This document shows, piece by piece, positions 12,301 through 25,900 of a stretch of 64,000 bases of DNA (position 1 is its first letter; each line of letters opens with the position of its first letter). Source of the stretch: Raillietiella orientalis (Eukaryota); assembly GCA_036172245.1 (NCBI GenBank), contig JAYWIR010000014.1:3472001-3536000 (forward strand). Reading direction: 5' to 3'. The notes below the pieces were generated by a model, which made no database searches, was not told the origin of the DNA, and worked only from the letters and a program-made list of their open reading frames with translations. Both the position numbers and the translations under genes were made by a program.

Positions 12301-15300
12301 ACTGAAAAGGCCAGAATGGATAGATCATATCGAAGATTAAATATTATAATCAGCAACATGCTGAAGTATCCACAATCACTCGGCATTTTGGAATTCATAG
12401 AATGTAGAAGTTTCATTGTAGACCAGTTTTTTCACCTCATTTTAACAGTAGGTTAACTTTGTCGAGGCTATATTGTTTGCCCAATATAGTGAACGGTGGA
12501 GAATGTACATATTTTTATATCAGAAGCAATGTGAAGGTAGTAGGAGCTCCCCCCTCAAATAGGTCTGAAGTCTTGCTTTTGATAAAAGGTACATCAAAAA
12601 TCGGCAAATCGGCCATCCTATGTAGCAGTCCAATGAAATTAATAATAACTAATCAGGAAACGTGTTTTCTCAGTGTATAATGAATACTTACTGCAGTGAA
12701 CTGGAATAACTGAAATTCTTGATGATACAGCTACAAAAGATACATTTTCTCATCTTCAAAGAGGGTATTGAATGATATTGTGAAAAAAGATGTTATTCCT
12801 GATCAGATTTTTTCTTATCAAAAAAACTTTGATTTTAATTTTGATTATTATTTGTCAACGAAACATATACTCATAAAAGACATTTTTTTAATAAAAAAAA
12901 CTGTTGTAAACGTGTGCTAAAAAGTTTTAATGCTTTTCTTGTGGGTAATTCAGATACGAATCCCCGAAATTATGGAAAGTTTTTTTGTCAAAGTAGCTGT
13001 GCGATCACATTCTGGGATTATATTTTTACCAATAGTCTTACTTGTTTTGCTACATATAGTCATATTGAAGTTCATTGATAGCAGTTAGAATTTTTGATTC
13101 TTTGGCACATATCTCTTGGGAATCACGGAAACCATCATGGTTCATTAGATACTGACTGAATCATAAGAACAAATTGAAATTATTGGTGAAGATGAATTCA
13201 GCAATGTCAAATCGTATCACCCGCTTACCGATTGTGAAGAGTTGAAAGATGAACTGTCTCTAAATAAGGGATTCTAACCAAATCAATCCACATATTCAAG
13301 TGATTGTTACTCTGATGTGTGAACTGTATTCCAAATTCTATTTGCGAAAGCAATTTTGTTTTAAAAGAATGCAAAATGAAGGAACAAGAGACTCAAGGGC
13401 GTTTGCACAGACTTAACATTAGTGTTTTCAAAACCTCATGAAAATGCATACTACCAAAAGATTTGTCATCTTCCAAAAGATAGTCGAAGTGCAGTATCTT
13501 CCAAGAGACTCAGCATGAGCCTCCGTCTTCTGGAGTTGATCCACTTCACATCGTCGCAATAAAATGCAAATGAATGGGAACTCCTGAAGTATCAGCATTG
13601 CTGTATATAATTTTTTGTCAACAATTGAAATTCACAGAGTTTCCACATATACCTACGTGTTAATTGATTATGATTTACTTTCGTGTTGAAACAGGAAATT
13701 TTTTGAGGATCGGATGCGATCTCATTCCTTCATCTTTTGTAATTGATCGATGACTACACAGGAATCAGGAATCATTGGAAATTTGTCACCAGGGATTTTT
13801 TCCCTGTTGTGCCTGCCTTTCGATGTAGAATCGCGTGCTTTTGTTTTTAATGGTGTATGTTTGAGGATAAGCGAAGAATTCTGTGCGTTATCTTCCAACA
13901 TTTGAATTACTATGAATGCGGGGTAATGCATTTGCTTTAGGATGGAAAACCACATGAATTCTTTCTTTCGTCTAACTGCGTTGTAGGCTTCAAATATCTT
14001 CCTAATGACGGATATGAAAATGGCCCAGTAATATGGGATCTAATGTTTGTAAACTAGGTGGTCTGTCTTTTAACATGAAGATTTATAATGACCAACATAC
14101 TTCACCTGCCACCCTCGGATCACTCAGATTTTGGATGCATCTTCAAATGATGCGTTTTACTTTTCGCGCGAGCGCGCGCGTGTTTTCGATTTCGATCTTT
14201 TGTTTTATCGTTTTCCACACAAAATGATTATTTGGTGCTTTATTCAGTGTTCAAGGATTTCGTCTTTAGGATCTTGTCCCTCAATCCAATAATCCTTCAG
14301 GCATTTTCCCAAATTCTTCAAAATATTCAATTGAATGCAGCGTGTCCATCAGACTCGTAATTCGCACTTAAGCTTATTTAAGCCCTAATGATGGCTGAAA
14401 TGGATTCGGCTTTTGCTAACTTCAAATCATATCCCCGTAGGAAATAAACTCTGCATTATACTTGTGCGTTTTCTGCGAGCTCTGGCAGTGGTTTTATGGG
14501 TGTCCAAATTTTTGATAAGCGAGTGTTGCAAAGATTTCTAGAAAGCATGTGAAGTTTAGGAAAGCATTCGATTTCGTGTTGGCAACGAAGCGGATCATCT
14601 TATTTCGGGGAATGGAAGGTGGCAATTGACTTTTGAAACCACATATCCAACGTTTAAATGTTGTAAGGACCTGATTTTTCATGTTATTGTGTAGTAATGG
14701 TCGAAGTTCGAGGTTTTTATGCGTTTTAAGGCTAAACTGCGTGCCTGAAATGCACAAACTTGTGACTGCCATCCAAACCGAAGTAACCCATAAATCAAGT
14801 AAAACCCGAAATTTTCGTTTTCACAGAACTTTTTTTTTTTTTTTTTTTCGAAGTGAGACTCCGTGTCGTGAAAAAAAATTACAAATGGACGACTGCACTT
14901 AATTAATTGTTCACTCATCATTACGCCTTCAGTTCAAAAAAATCGAAGTACCTGATTATTCTTGATTGTTTTATGGAGTTTTACATTTTGACAAAAAAAA
15001 AAGTATGTCATGCGGATTGCATGGGTTTTTCGAACATATAATGGAAACTGAGGTTGGATTTTTTTATTCCAATTTTAACGTTACGTTGCGATTATTTTGA
15101 GGTGTTTAAACTATTATTTGAGTTCAATATATTTAAATATAAACACCATGATGTATGTAAATGAAAATTCTGGAATATAATTTCGTTCACTGCGTTCAAG
15201 ACAAATGTACTCGTTGTAATTTATAAAATAATTAATCCCGGAAGCCATGAAAGTGGTTATGTTCTTCCGAATCGTATGCACTTGTTGATTTAAGGGAAGA

Positions 15301-17220
15301 TAAAAGAATATAGTAAATAAACACAAATATCAAAGCTATTTTCGTGTTCATTCGAATACATCAACTATATGCAATTGTACAACAATCACAACAGCGTATT
15401 AAGTTACAAGTTAGCATTACTTTTATTTAAAAATGAATCGAGTGCATGCCATATGCCACATACAGTTCATTGGAAAAGAAAAAAAATGCTTTCAATTCCA
15501 AAGCATTGGTTACTTTCCATAATATTTAGGTGGTCACTATAGAAGAAATACTTCCATGAATTGTATTTTACCAGGAAATCACAGATGAGTAGTTATATTA
15601 ACACATTTTACTGTTGTGAACGTGAGCATGCTCATATAATGGGTAATGTAAGTGTGATTGGGATCAGAAATGCTGTTCTCTGAGAATATATATGTAACAT
15701 CTCCCAAATTAATAAATTTGTTCACGCAGTTTGTATTTTTGTGTCTGAATTATGAGAAGTACAAAAAAAAAAAAAAATGGATTATTGCATTTTGTGAATA
15801 GTTTAACTGATAGTATTCAGCTAGAGATTTGCTTATTTAAGGAAAACGAAGGCATTCAAAGATAATAAGTAAGTTTGGGGTGATGTGCATTTATGCTTGA
15901 AAGGTGAAGTTTGCAAATGCAATTATGCCTACTGTGAGATAGGGAATTCATGTATAATTATGTTTGGAATTTTAGCATCTGAACTATTGCTTTTGAATTC
16001 AGAGGCTCCAAAAGTGAAACAATATGTGAATGCAAACACTGTTGTAATTTTACATTGCTTCTATAGTTTGACATTGAAATTGTTAGTATTGCAGAAGTAT
16101 GTATCTAATGTACAGCTTTCTGTAAAATGAGATGAAGAAGCCAAATTCATACTTAAGAACAGATGCAATTTGAATTGATAAATTTCATTCAAATCGTTGT
16201 TCAAGTGGTACAACTATTTCAAAATTTAAAATTTTACTTAGTAATGTTGTTGTGATCATCTGATTGTTCAGGAGCTATATGTAAATGCTCAGAATTGTAA
16301 TGAGTAAAAATTTGAGGGAAACAAATGCTTAAAAATTTTTCATTTGTGAATTTGAAGATTTGGTTTATTGTTTGAATGCTATTTAAATGTCTACATTAGA
16401 GAAAGCTTACTATATTCTGTAAGGTTCAGACTGAAATGTTACAATTTTTCTTGTTCTTTGATTGAGCCTACACACTAATGGGGATATGGAATTACTTACT
16501 GAAAATGAACAGGGCATGAGATGTTTTGAATAGTTTTTTTTTTCTTTTCACAAAAAACGTAACAGTTTCAGTTATGTCACCATCTTTAAATAACAATGCT
16601 AAAATTGAAACATTTATTTAAAATTTTCATTTGTGATTTCCTGGGAGAATGTAGGTACATAAAAGAGGAACAGAAACACATTGCCTTTAATGGATTTTAG
16701 GTATTTGCCTTCATTGTGTAGATTTTAATCCTTTCGATATGACAAGATGCATTGTTCAAAATTTTCAAGGTAATTTCTTGGCTTGCAGATTAATATTCTG
16801 TTAATTTTGGTTCTGTCTTTTAGGATAGATTTTTGTGTGACAGTTAATTCGAACCAGTCAGTGTTCAAAAGTTCATACAACTTTGTTGTTTTATTTTACA
16901 CCCATCGGAATTTTAATGGTATTTGTAAAGGCATGTGGTAGTAGGACGGGATTCGATCATTACTGTTGCATGTAATGTTTCAAATTTTTTCATCCAGCGT
17001 GTACTTTTGATCTGTATGCCGACTTTTCCCAAGTTTGTTCTTAATAAGTGACTACTGTTTTTTTTTTCTTTTTTTTTTCTTTTTTAGGAGTAAATGGTAA
17101 ATTTTGCAGGTTTTCGATAACATTTCAAGCATCCGGTTTACGTGATATGTATGCATATATTTCTAAGCTATTAGGTACTGCCATTGCCTTGGTGTAAATT
17201 TTGTGTATATCAATAATTAG

Positions 17221-17280
17221 ATCTATGTATCTTATAACAATCGTATTTAAATCCATGTACTGTATAACAATCGTATTTAA
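17221..17280. repeat. 30-bp tandem duplication upstream of GW182
   Basis: ATCTATGTATCTTATAACAATCGTATTTAA is followed by ATCCATGTACTGTATAACAATCGTATTTAA. Confidence 0.85.
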
Positions 17281-18373
17281 CTTTCGTGACATGTTTTTTT
17301 TAACACTTTCGAAAGTTTCGTAATTTTCCTAGTGCACTGTAAATTCCATCACCCAACGTGCACTAAGCTACGGTAACTGAATCAGAAAAAACAAAAAACG
17401 ATAAAACACGATCATTTCCAACGTTGTTTGCGAAGTCTGCGTTCAATAAATACAATCACACGAGGATAATAAATTCATGTTCCAGATTTTGATGCTCTAA
17501 GGCACAATTATTTTGTAACGTACGAACGAGGCTATTTTCATTTTCATTGGGAGAAGCAAATAGCGCCGATGTTCAAGGCCTTAATAGTTGGCAGAAATTC
17601 AGAGACGCTTGGGTCCTCGTAAGAGGCTATGATGTATCGATTGCAGGGCTAATACAATCGTAAGGTGTTATGCGTTTGACGCTTATCAATAACAGCAGAA
17701 TTCTTTTTAAATGTTTTGTAATTGTGATCTTAAACAAATAACTTATGCATATTTATCAGATTTTCCAACTGGAACTCAGCTGTTCATGTTTTCAAAATTT
17801 ATTGATATGTTTTGCACTGAGACGGGTTGGAAATACATAATAAAAGCTTTGCTTGCGAATATTACAACTTGGAAGAATGCCCCAAATTTGTAAAGTTTGT
17901 TTGATAACAGTTTTGCGAATGCAAGTTTGCTAATGTGATTATGTATGTTCGTAGCGTAGCTTCATAATGTGTACACTTTTTATCGACTTTTTTTTTGTAA
18001 AGGAACTTCTAAATAGGAAACAAATTTGAAAGCGAAAAATTTCAGGAAGTGGCTTATATCAGGCTTGAATGTCTGAAGTCGAGTACACTTTTGTTGTGGA
18101 ATTTTTCTAATGCACCGATGCATGTCTTGTAATTAAAATTATATGTTGCCTATTTGTGGAATTATAATTAGTTTTTTTTGTTTTGCAGCATTTCTGAGAT
18201 TATGGTATTTATAATCAAAATAATACTTTTTACATGATTATGTAAAATGGCAGTTTGTTCGTATGTAATAAAACTAATTTGCCAATCAGAGCACCCTCAT
18301 TCTTCTCAGGATTCAGTTGGTAAGGTTTGTATAGCTTTAAATAGATCATCAAGGATTATTTTTAGATGAAAAT

Positions 18374-21300
18374 ATGCGAAAAGTATGTGATAAACTTTCT
18401 GTTTGTGACAATGAAGATTCTTATCAAGATCATAATCTTGGAAAAATTTCTGTGATGCCCCTCAAAGAATCTGTGATATTATGCTCATTTACAGAACAAA
18501 AAAAAGCTTTGCCACCACTCTGTAATAGTAGATTACAAAAGAAGGAAGAAAACGTAATTATTTAAATAGAGTTCACGTTTTTATGTAGCAAGCTATCAAG
18601 TTTATTATCCTGGAACTTCGCTATTTATAAATGCGTAATTTCCAGGTTTTATTTAGGTTTAATGGATTGTTTTGTTTTAACTTATGACTGATACACTTAC
18701 TATGCTTGTAGTTTTACTATCAATACTAAAGTGTAAATAGTGATTGACATTAGAAGCAATTTTAATGTAGTCATATCCTTTCATTCTTTTACTGATTTTT
18801 AAATTGTTTTTCAGAAATCTAAATTTCATTTATCCACAAAAGATAAGCTAACATCAGACAAAGAATCTTCAGAACCACAAGACTTAGTTTTTATGCATAA
18901 GTTCATATCCTGTAAATATGGTGCTCATTTCCGGTATTCCAGAGTCATCATAAATTCTAAAAAAATATCGCACTTAGTGAGAATACACAATCACGCCACA
19001 TCAGTTTTTTACAATGACTACATTCCACAGAAAAGCTTTACTGACTGTTATGCTAACAACGTGGACTTAGCTGAAATTCAGCATTGGTCATCTAATATGG
19101 GAACCAAAGATAATCAGACCAAACACATTAAAAATGATGAAATTAGCCTAGTTATGAATCATAAGATTGCACTTCTCAAGAAGCTGTGTAATTTTAAATA
19201 TGTCACGGGACCTGCTTCAAACAAAGGCTGGGGAATACCCCCTGGACTTGGTCTGCTTGGTGGTGGGGAAAGTTCTAATGGGAGTTCAGCATTGCCTTCT
19301 AATCAAGTATATTGGACTCACAACACCAATCAGTCTCCTGCGAGTATGCAAAATTCTTGGCCAAGAAACAATGCGAATGGAAATCTTGTGCAAATAAGTC
19401 AGAGTAAGGAAGTTAGTTTAGTCTGTTATTGCTATTTATGTATACAGATAATGCATCTGGGATGAAACAAAACGTTACTAGTACTGCAACCTGGGCTCAA
19501 GCAGCAGGAAAAGGTCTTCCTGTTAATAGTAATTCTGTTGATCGGCAAAAGCAACAAATTGAACGTATGAATGTTATAAGAGATGTCCTTTTAGCAAGTG
19601 AAGGTTGGGGAGGGGTAAGTTGGTTTGCAGTTTGAGCAAGTAATATGTTTCTTTCTCCAGGGTTATGTGAATCAGGAAGCAACTTGGGAATTACCATCTT
19701 CTCCAACACCCAGTCCCAAGGATGAAGTAATTCAAGTCTGGAAAAATCAGATCAATAATGGTAAACTTCAAACTTTAAATACTCTTAACAATAGATATAA
19801 TATTTGATTTCTTTTGCATGTGCACATTTTTCTAATCCAATAATTTATGTGAATACTTTGAAGGCACAGAACTTTGGGAAAGTAATGTGCGTAATGTTGG
19901 TCCTGTGAGAACTGACAGCAATAAAAATCCATGGGATCATGCACCTTGTAGTGCGTTTGGTGGCACTTGGGGAGTTGAAGATGATGCCAGTCCTGCATGG
20001 CCTAATGGTGCATCTGCTCACAGTGGCAACAGCAATAGTCACTGGACTGGAAATTCTGGTGGAATGTGGCCTGGAAGTAAGCATTAACAATTTGGTAATT
20101 TTAGTTTTATGATTAATCCTGTCAGATAAAAAGGAAAATGATTGGTCCAATACCAATACATCTTGGAATGATGGCATGATGTGCCTAAATTCTGAATGTA
20201 ATTCTGTTGCTTGGAACGCAAATTCAAAAGGAATGCCCTCTAAGCAGTGGACTATACCCCCTTTTAAAGAGTCCAAACCTACAGGCTGGGAAGAACCTTC
20301 TCCTCCTCCTCAGAGACGTAATGTTTCATCTACACATGATGATGGAACAGCCGTCTGGGGTAATCCAACGCAGCAACAGAACAAAGTTAGCCATTGGAGG
20401 GAGATGCCAACATCAAACTCATCTCGAGGAACCTTAACTTCTTTTACGGGTCCATCACAGAGTAGAAATACTTGTTTAACAACAAAAACTGATAATGGAA
20501 TTACTTGGAACCGTCATTCTAGGTAACAAACTATGTTGATGAAAACCGGAAATTACAGTATCGAGTAGAAATAACTGGATTGAAGGCAATCATGAAACAT
20601 CAGGAGGTTGGAGTGAGGAGCTAGGGTGTAATAAAAGTTTTCCATCTTGGAATGATAATGCAGGTTGGGAAATGTTAACTAATAACCAAGGTTTATGTAC
20701 AAAGCCAAAGTCATCAATTCCTACAGGATCAACACTTGGGAGGTGGCCAGAAAACATGGATTGTGCAGATAACATGCCTTGGCCAGCATTGGTAAAACAG
20801 GTACGTCTACCTTGGTGTACTTATTGGAATAACATGTTGCTAGGTCAACAAACAAACACCAAAAGAAATGATATGGTCTAGTCGTCAGTTTCGTGTTTTA
20901 GTTGATATGGGATATAAGGTAGTTAGCATGTTTTATTGTGAGAGGTATTCTATCAAGATATTTGCAGAAAGAAGATGCAGAGAGTGCCTTAAAAAACAAT
21001 AATTTTATGCTCGAAGATGCCATTGCTGAACTCAATCAGAATCGTGTGGGAATTAATAATTCAGAAATAGATGCATGGAGGGAACATGGCCCAAATGTTG
21101 TGCCCTTTGAGCTTGGTTCTCATAACATGCTTCAGAATTTTGGAATGCCTGGAGCCTGTTCAGGGCAACGCTTTAATTCTAGTTCTTCCCAACAGTCAAT
21201 GTCATATAATTCTCAGAATTCTGGAGCTGGGATCACTAATTTAATGAGCCACAGTTCTTATCCAGTTTTAAACATAAATCCTTTATCACATCGTATTTTA

Positions 21301-22983
21301 CATCAGTCAGTACCCCCACCTCAGAGTCAAGTTCCTACTACAAGCTTTTACTCCAGGAGCTCACCAAATAATCCTTCTACTAGTCAGTTAAAAATATTGG
21401 TGCAACAAATTCAGATGGCAGTGCAAACAGGTCACTTAAATCCCCAAATCTTGAATCAGCCTCTTGCTCCACAAACACTCATCCTTTTAAATGAACTTCT
21501 GCAACAAATTAAAGTATTACAGAATTTGAATCATCAGCATGTGATATCACAACATAATCGCAGCAGTAGTCAAGGGCTTCAGATCTCAGTGCAAATAACT
21601 AAAACAAAACAGCAAATTAGCAATCTCCAGAATCAAATTGTTGCACAACAAGCAGTTTATATGAAACAGCAGCAACAATTTTCGGGGCCACAAGCTGTGT
21701 CTGGTGCTGCAGTTCCTGAAATGTTTCGTGGATCTAATGATCTAATGAATGTTAGCGATAGTTTAGCAGCAATGTCCCTAAATCAAGTAAGTTATTAGTT
21801 TAAAGCAGTGTTAATTCTGTGTTCAAATGACAGTCTAGACTTCATCAGTGGTTGGGAGGAAAGGAAGATTCAACCGAGTTTAGTCGTAATCCAAACAAAT
21901 TGATGAATGTAGTATCACACCATAATAGTCCAGCTTTCAATCCACTTTTGGATAGGTATTGGAAGTTCAGTGTTTGTTTTTTATTTGTTGATCTGAAGTA
22001 GTACATGGTCCAATGTTGGAAAATCTGTTGAATCTGGTTGGCCAGAAAACGCCTCCCTGACATCTGATGTGACAGCTGGTTCACATATGACTACTTCCAG
22101 TCAAACCTTCTCCCTCGCAGATTTGCCAGAATTCGAACCGGGAAAACCTTGGAAGGTATTTCTTGTTGAGTTATTATTGGTTTGGAATTGAGGATAGGGA
22201 AATCCATTAAAAAATGTGGAAGAAGATCCTACATTGACTCCTGGATCAGTAGTGCGTTCACCTATATCAATTCCTTCAGTCAAGGATAATGAAGTATTTG
22301 CCAGCAATAGCAAAGCATCAGGCAGTTCTGGAACAGAGTTAACTACTCTTCCTACATCTACATGGAGTTATGGGTATTGAATCTTGAATACCCAGAACTG
22401 TTCTGCTAAAGTTTGTTTCAGCAGTAACAAGCAGAGTTATGGTGGGAAAAACGGTCTATCAGATCTCAGTGGAGAAATTTGGTCTGCACCCAAGTCTCGT
22501 GGGCCTCCTCTTGGTATGTTTTCAACTGGAAGAGGAGTGTGGTGCAATATGGCAACAAACAATGGATCACGTTGGAGTTGGGGAGAAAAGAATACTTCAA
22601 TTGTTATTTTAAAGAATGTAAGTCCTCAGGTGGATGTATCTACGCTTCGCACTGTGTGCAAACAACATGGTCCTTTGGAAAGTTTCCAATTGCTTCGCAA
22701 TTTAGGAATTGCTTTGATCAAGTACGGAACCAAGGAAGAAGCTGCAAAGGCGCAAGCAGCATTGCATAGTTGCTCAATGGGAAATTTGCAGCTTAGTGCT
22801 GATTTGATTTCTGAAGCTGATGTGCAGTTGCTTTTGGCTAACTGTAATTCAGCTATGAGTAAACATGACTCATGGAATCATTCACAATTGTGGCCATCTG
22901 GACTTTGGACTGATAATGAAACTAATTCTGTTGGATCAGCATCTTTTTTGCCTGGAGATCTCCTTAGTGGCGAGAACATTTAA
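18374..22983 (+). CDS. GW182: GW182/gawky (TNRC6) miRNA-silencing effector; exons ~18374-18552, 18815-19403, 19448-19614, 19661-19760, 19864-20076, 20126-20522, 20569-20800, 20844-20918, 20968-21786, 21834-21955, 22002-22155, 22198-22373, 22422-22983
   Basis: W-rich Ago-binding region (GWGIPPG, EGWGGGYVNQEATW, NNGTELWESNVR, PTGWEEPSPP, DDGTAVWGNP), UBA-like domain (QFRVLVDMGYKKEDAESALK), Q-rich region (LVQQIQMAVQTGHLNPQILNQPLAPQTL), QSRLHQW, PAM2 (PEFEPGKPWKG..EDPTLTPGSV), RRM (LKNVSPQVDVSTLRTVCKQHGPL) and C-terminal FLPGDLLSGE. Junctions are in phase. The true start codon and 5' exons are uncertain. Confidence 0.95.
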
Positions 22984-25900
22984 GTGTGATATGTTCAAGT
23001 GCTTTGTTCCTTAATTCCTGCCAGTGAATGCTTTGTAAAGTTTATCCTGAGGAATCTCCTTTTTACTGTTAGCCAATGAGATCTCGGGATAATATCATCA
23101 TGCCTTTCCAGTAGAACTTCTCAACAAATAAATGGAGGTAGGAGGAGCCCATGAAGCATGAGTATACCCTTCATGCTTTGTAATCTTTTTGTCCTTGATG
23201 CAGCCAAGAGATCTTTTCTGAATTGTTAGAACTAAGATACAGACTAGTCCATTGTATGTGTGTGTGATAATGAATGTGCGTGGGAGGATGGTGTTGTTTT
23301 ATGTCTTTCTTTGTTTTGAGTTGGAAGAAAGAGTGATGCATTGAAAAGAAAGCATTCTTTGTTTAAGTACTTTGCATTCATGTTGGTTGTGATTGCCATA
23401 CGATAATGTAAACTATACAACTGCCAGATGTGTATTGATAAATAATAGTGCCTTAGTGTGATATCACTAGTCAGCAGCTTATTAATGGCACGTATGGCTG
23501 TCTGGCCCATGTGATATAACAGATGTATCCTTTCCCCAACTCCAGCCAGTCTCTTAAAAGAAGTACCTGAAGTATGGTGAAGAACCAAATTTACCAAACT
23601 CAATGCTTCCTTTTTCAGCTGAAAATTAATTTGATCTTAAAAACTAATTGTATTCTCTTGTGGTAGACTAGTCAATTTACCAATCATTTAAATTAATGCA
23701 ATAAAGTGAGGTTATTGATTTTCATTTAGTACAAGAATATTGTAATAGCCAAAGCTGGAGTCTCACTTTGTTTGCTCATTAACTTTTATGATGCTTCTGC
23801 ATCTAGATGTGGTTGTGTTTGCTAGAAAGTATGACTCACTCTTTAATGTTCAATGTCTTTTCCACAAGATATGACTGTACATCTCATAGTTCTCAGGTTT
23901 GTAAGGCAGCCTTATTGTGGTTTATTTCCTTATTGGTCAAGTTCTTTTGGGATGTAATCATTTTTACAAAAATTGCTGCTGTGTATAACAAAAATAATGG
24001 TACTTTTATTTGGTCCAATTGCCATTACTGATTTTGCATCTGTGATGTAGGCATTTGATTTAAAAATTCACTCATGCTATTTACTCATTCCTTATTGTGT
24101 TCCTTTGCTTTGATGATGTGCCTTGAAGTTCCTCGATAACTTCGAAAGGCTAAATGGGCTCCCTCCTCCAATTTTTATACATAAGTGAAGATACCTCTGT
24201 GATAATCTCACAAAGTATTTTGAAGTGTTACCAAGGATAGCTAGTTTTCTTCTGTTTATCAAATTGATCACATATTGCATCATTCCATTGTGATCTGAGA
24301 TTTTCACCATGTCAAGTGTTTTGACTATCCCTTCCAGAACTGAACATTCTTTGAAATACTTTGAGAATTCTTTGATGGTGATGTGTGGTAATTTTACCCT
24401 TATCTTGCCTTTATCTAAGTACCTATCAGTTTTTGAAATTTATATCTGCAATTACTGCTGGAGCATAACATTTTAGATGCTGTAAGTTATCAAAAAATGG
24501 TACTTTTTAAAGTGAGATCATTAATTGCAGCATAGTGACTATTGACCAGTTTGAATGTATACGAACATTGCAATTTATTTCTAAGTACTGTATTTGAATA
24601 TCAACCCCAGCTAAACCAAATGTAATGATTTTGTTTAATTTTAGTATTATATTTAAGAATTTTCAAATATCTATTGTTCAGTACATGTTATATATTTGGT
24701 GTTAGTCACATCCATGTGCTCTAAATATATAGAAATATTGATCATCGTTTTATTTCTTTCTGTTTTGAAGAATGGGCAGAATATCCAAACACTATGTAAT
24801 CTCTTATTGCTGTTAATTGAATGCTTATATCAGTGCTTATGGAGTGTCAGTAAATCATGTAATGTCTATGGATCTTGTTTTAATTTCATATCATAAAATT
24901 AACCCTCAAGCGCAATTGAAATAAATCCTACCAAGAACACTACCTGCCACCAATCTTCACAAAAAGTAACTGTTCACGTTTTTTTTTTGAAAGAATTTAA
25001 AACGTATCTTCAAGTAGATGTGTTTCTCCACACACACAATTGTTCCAAATTGTTTCTGTATGTATATGTAGAGGCGATGCAGAATGACTATACATCATCA
25101 ACATGGAAAGGCATCAACATGCATCGTGTTGTAAAGGTTTTTGTAATTATTCTGTTATTCCTACAAAATTGCATTTCCAGTTATTCGACACACTCGATTG
25201 TGTGGACAGTACAGTGAATCATAGTGGACATCAAGAAGTGACGCCATTTGAAACAGCTTACGGAGAAATGTATTCGTTGCTTAAGCGATTTTTGAAAGGT
25301 TTACATGTATAAGCATTAGTTCATGACTCTCAGAGCGTGAAATCGAACTCTTGAAAATTAAGTTTCGCAATCATCAGTTTCTTTCCATTACTGCAAGAGG
25401 ATTTTGAACTTTCCAGTTTCTATTTGTGCAAAATTGGAGTTTCTTCGACAGGAATTTCGAGAGTTTGGTGGTGGTTTCATAGTAAGCTGTGACATGGGAA
25501 CGCATACCCGGTGCGTCATGAATTGTCCAGGGTTCATGGCGGTGCAAGAGGAAAGTTTGAACGTTGTTTTATGCCTTGTACACGCCAGAGACATCATTTT
25601 TTTTTTTTTTTTTCATGAAACTTTATTTCAGCATTAGTAGGAGGTGGTTAATTTTGGCAAAGCACTGCAAATGTGTACTCAAAGGAAACCGAAGCCGATT
25701 TTAAAGTGATTACGATTTATAACTAAAATCAGCCGAATAGTGTTCCATGTCTGAATCACAAGTGCTGTTCACACTTGGATCCCAAATCGTGGGCTAACAT
25801 CGAGGTGCTGCAAGCGGATACGCCCCTGTGCAATTTTGGCCAAGCAGCCCCGGCGTTTGTTCCTTTAAATCTGTACCTTTTAATCTGCGCCTGCTCATCT

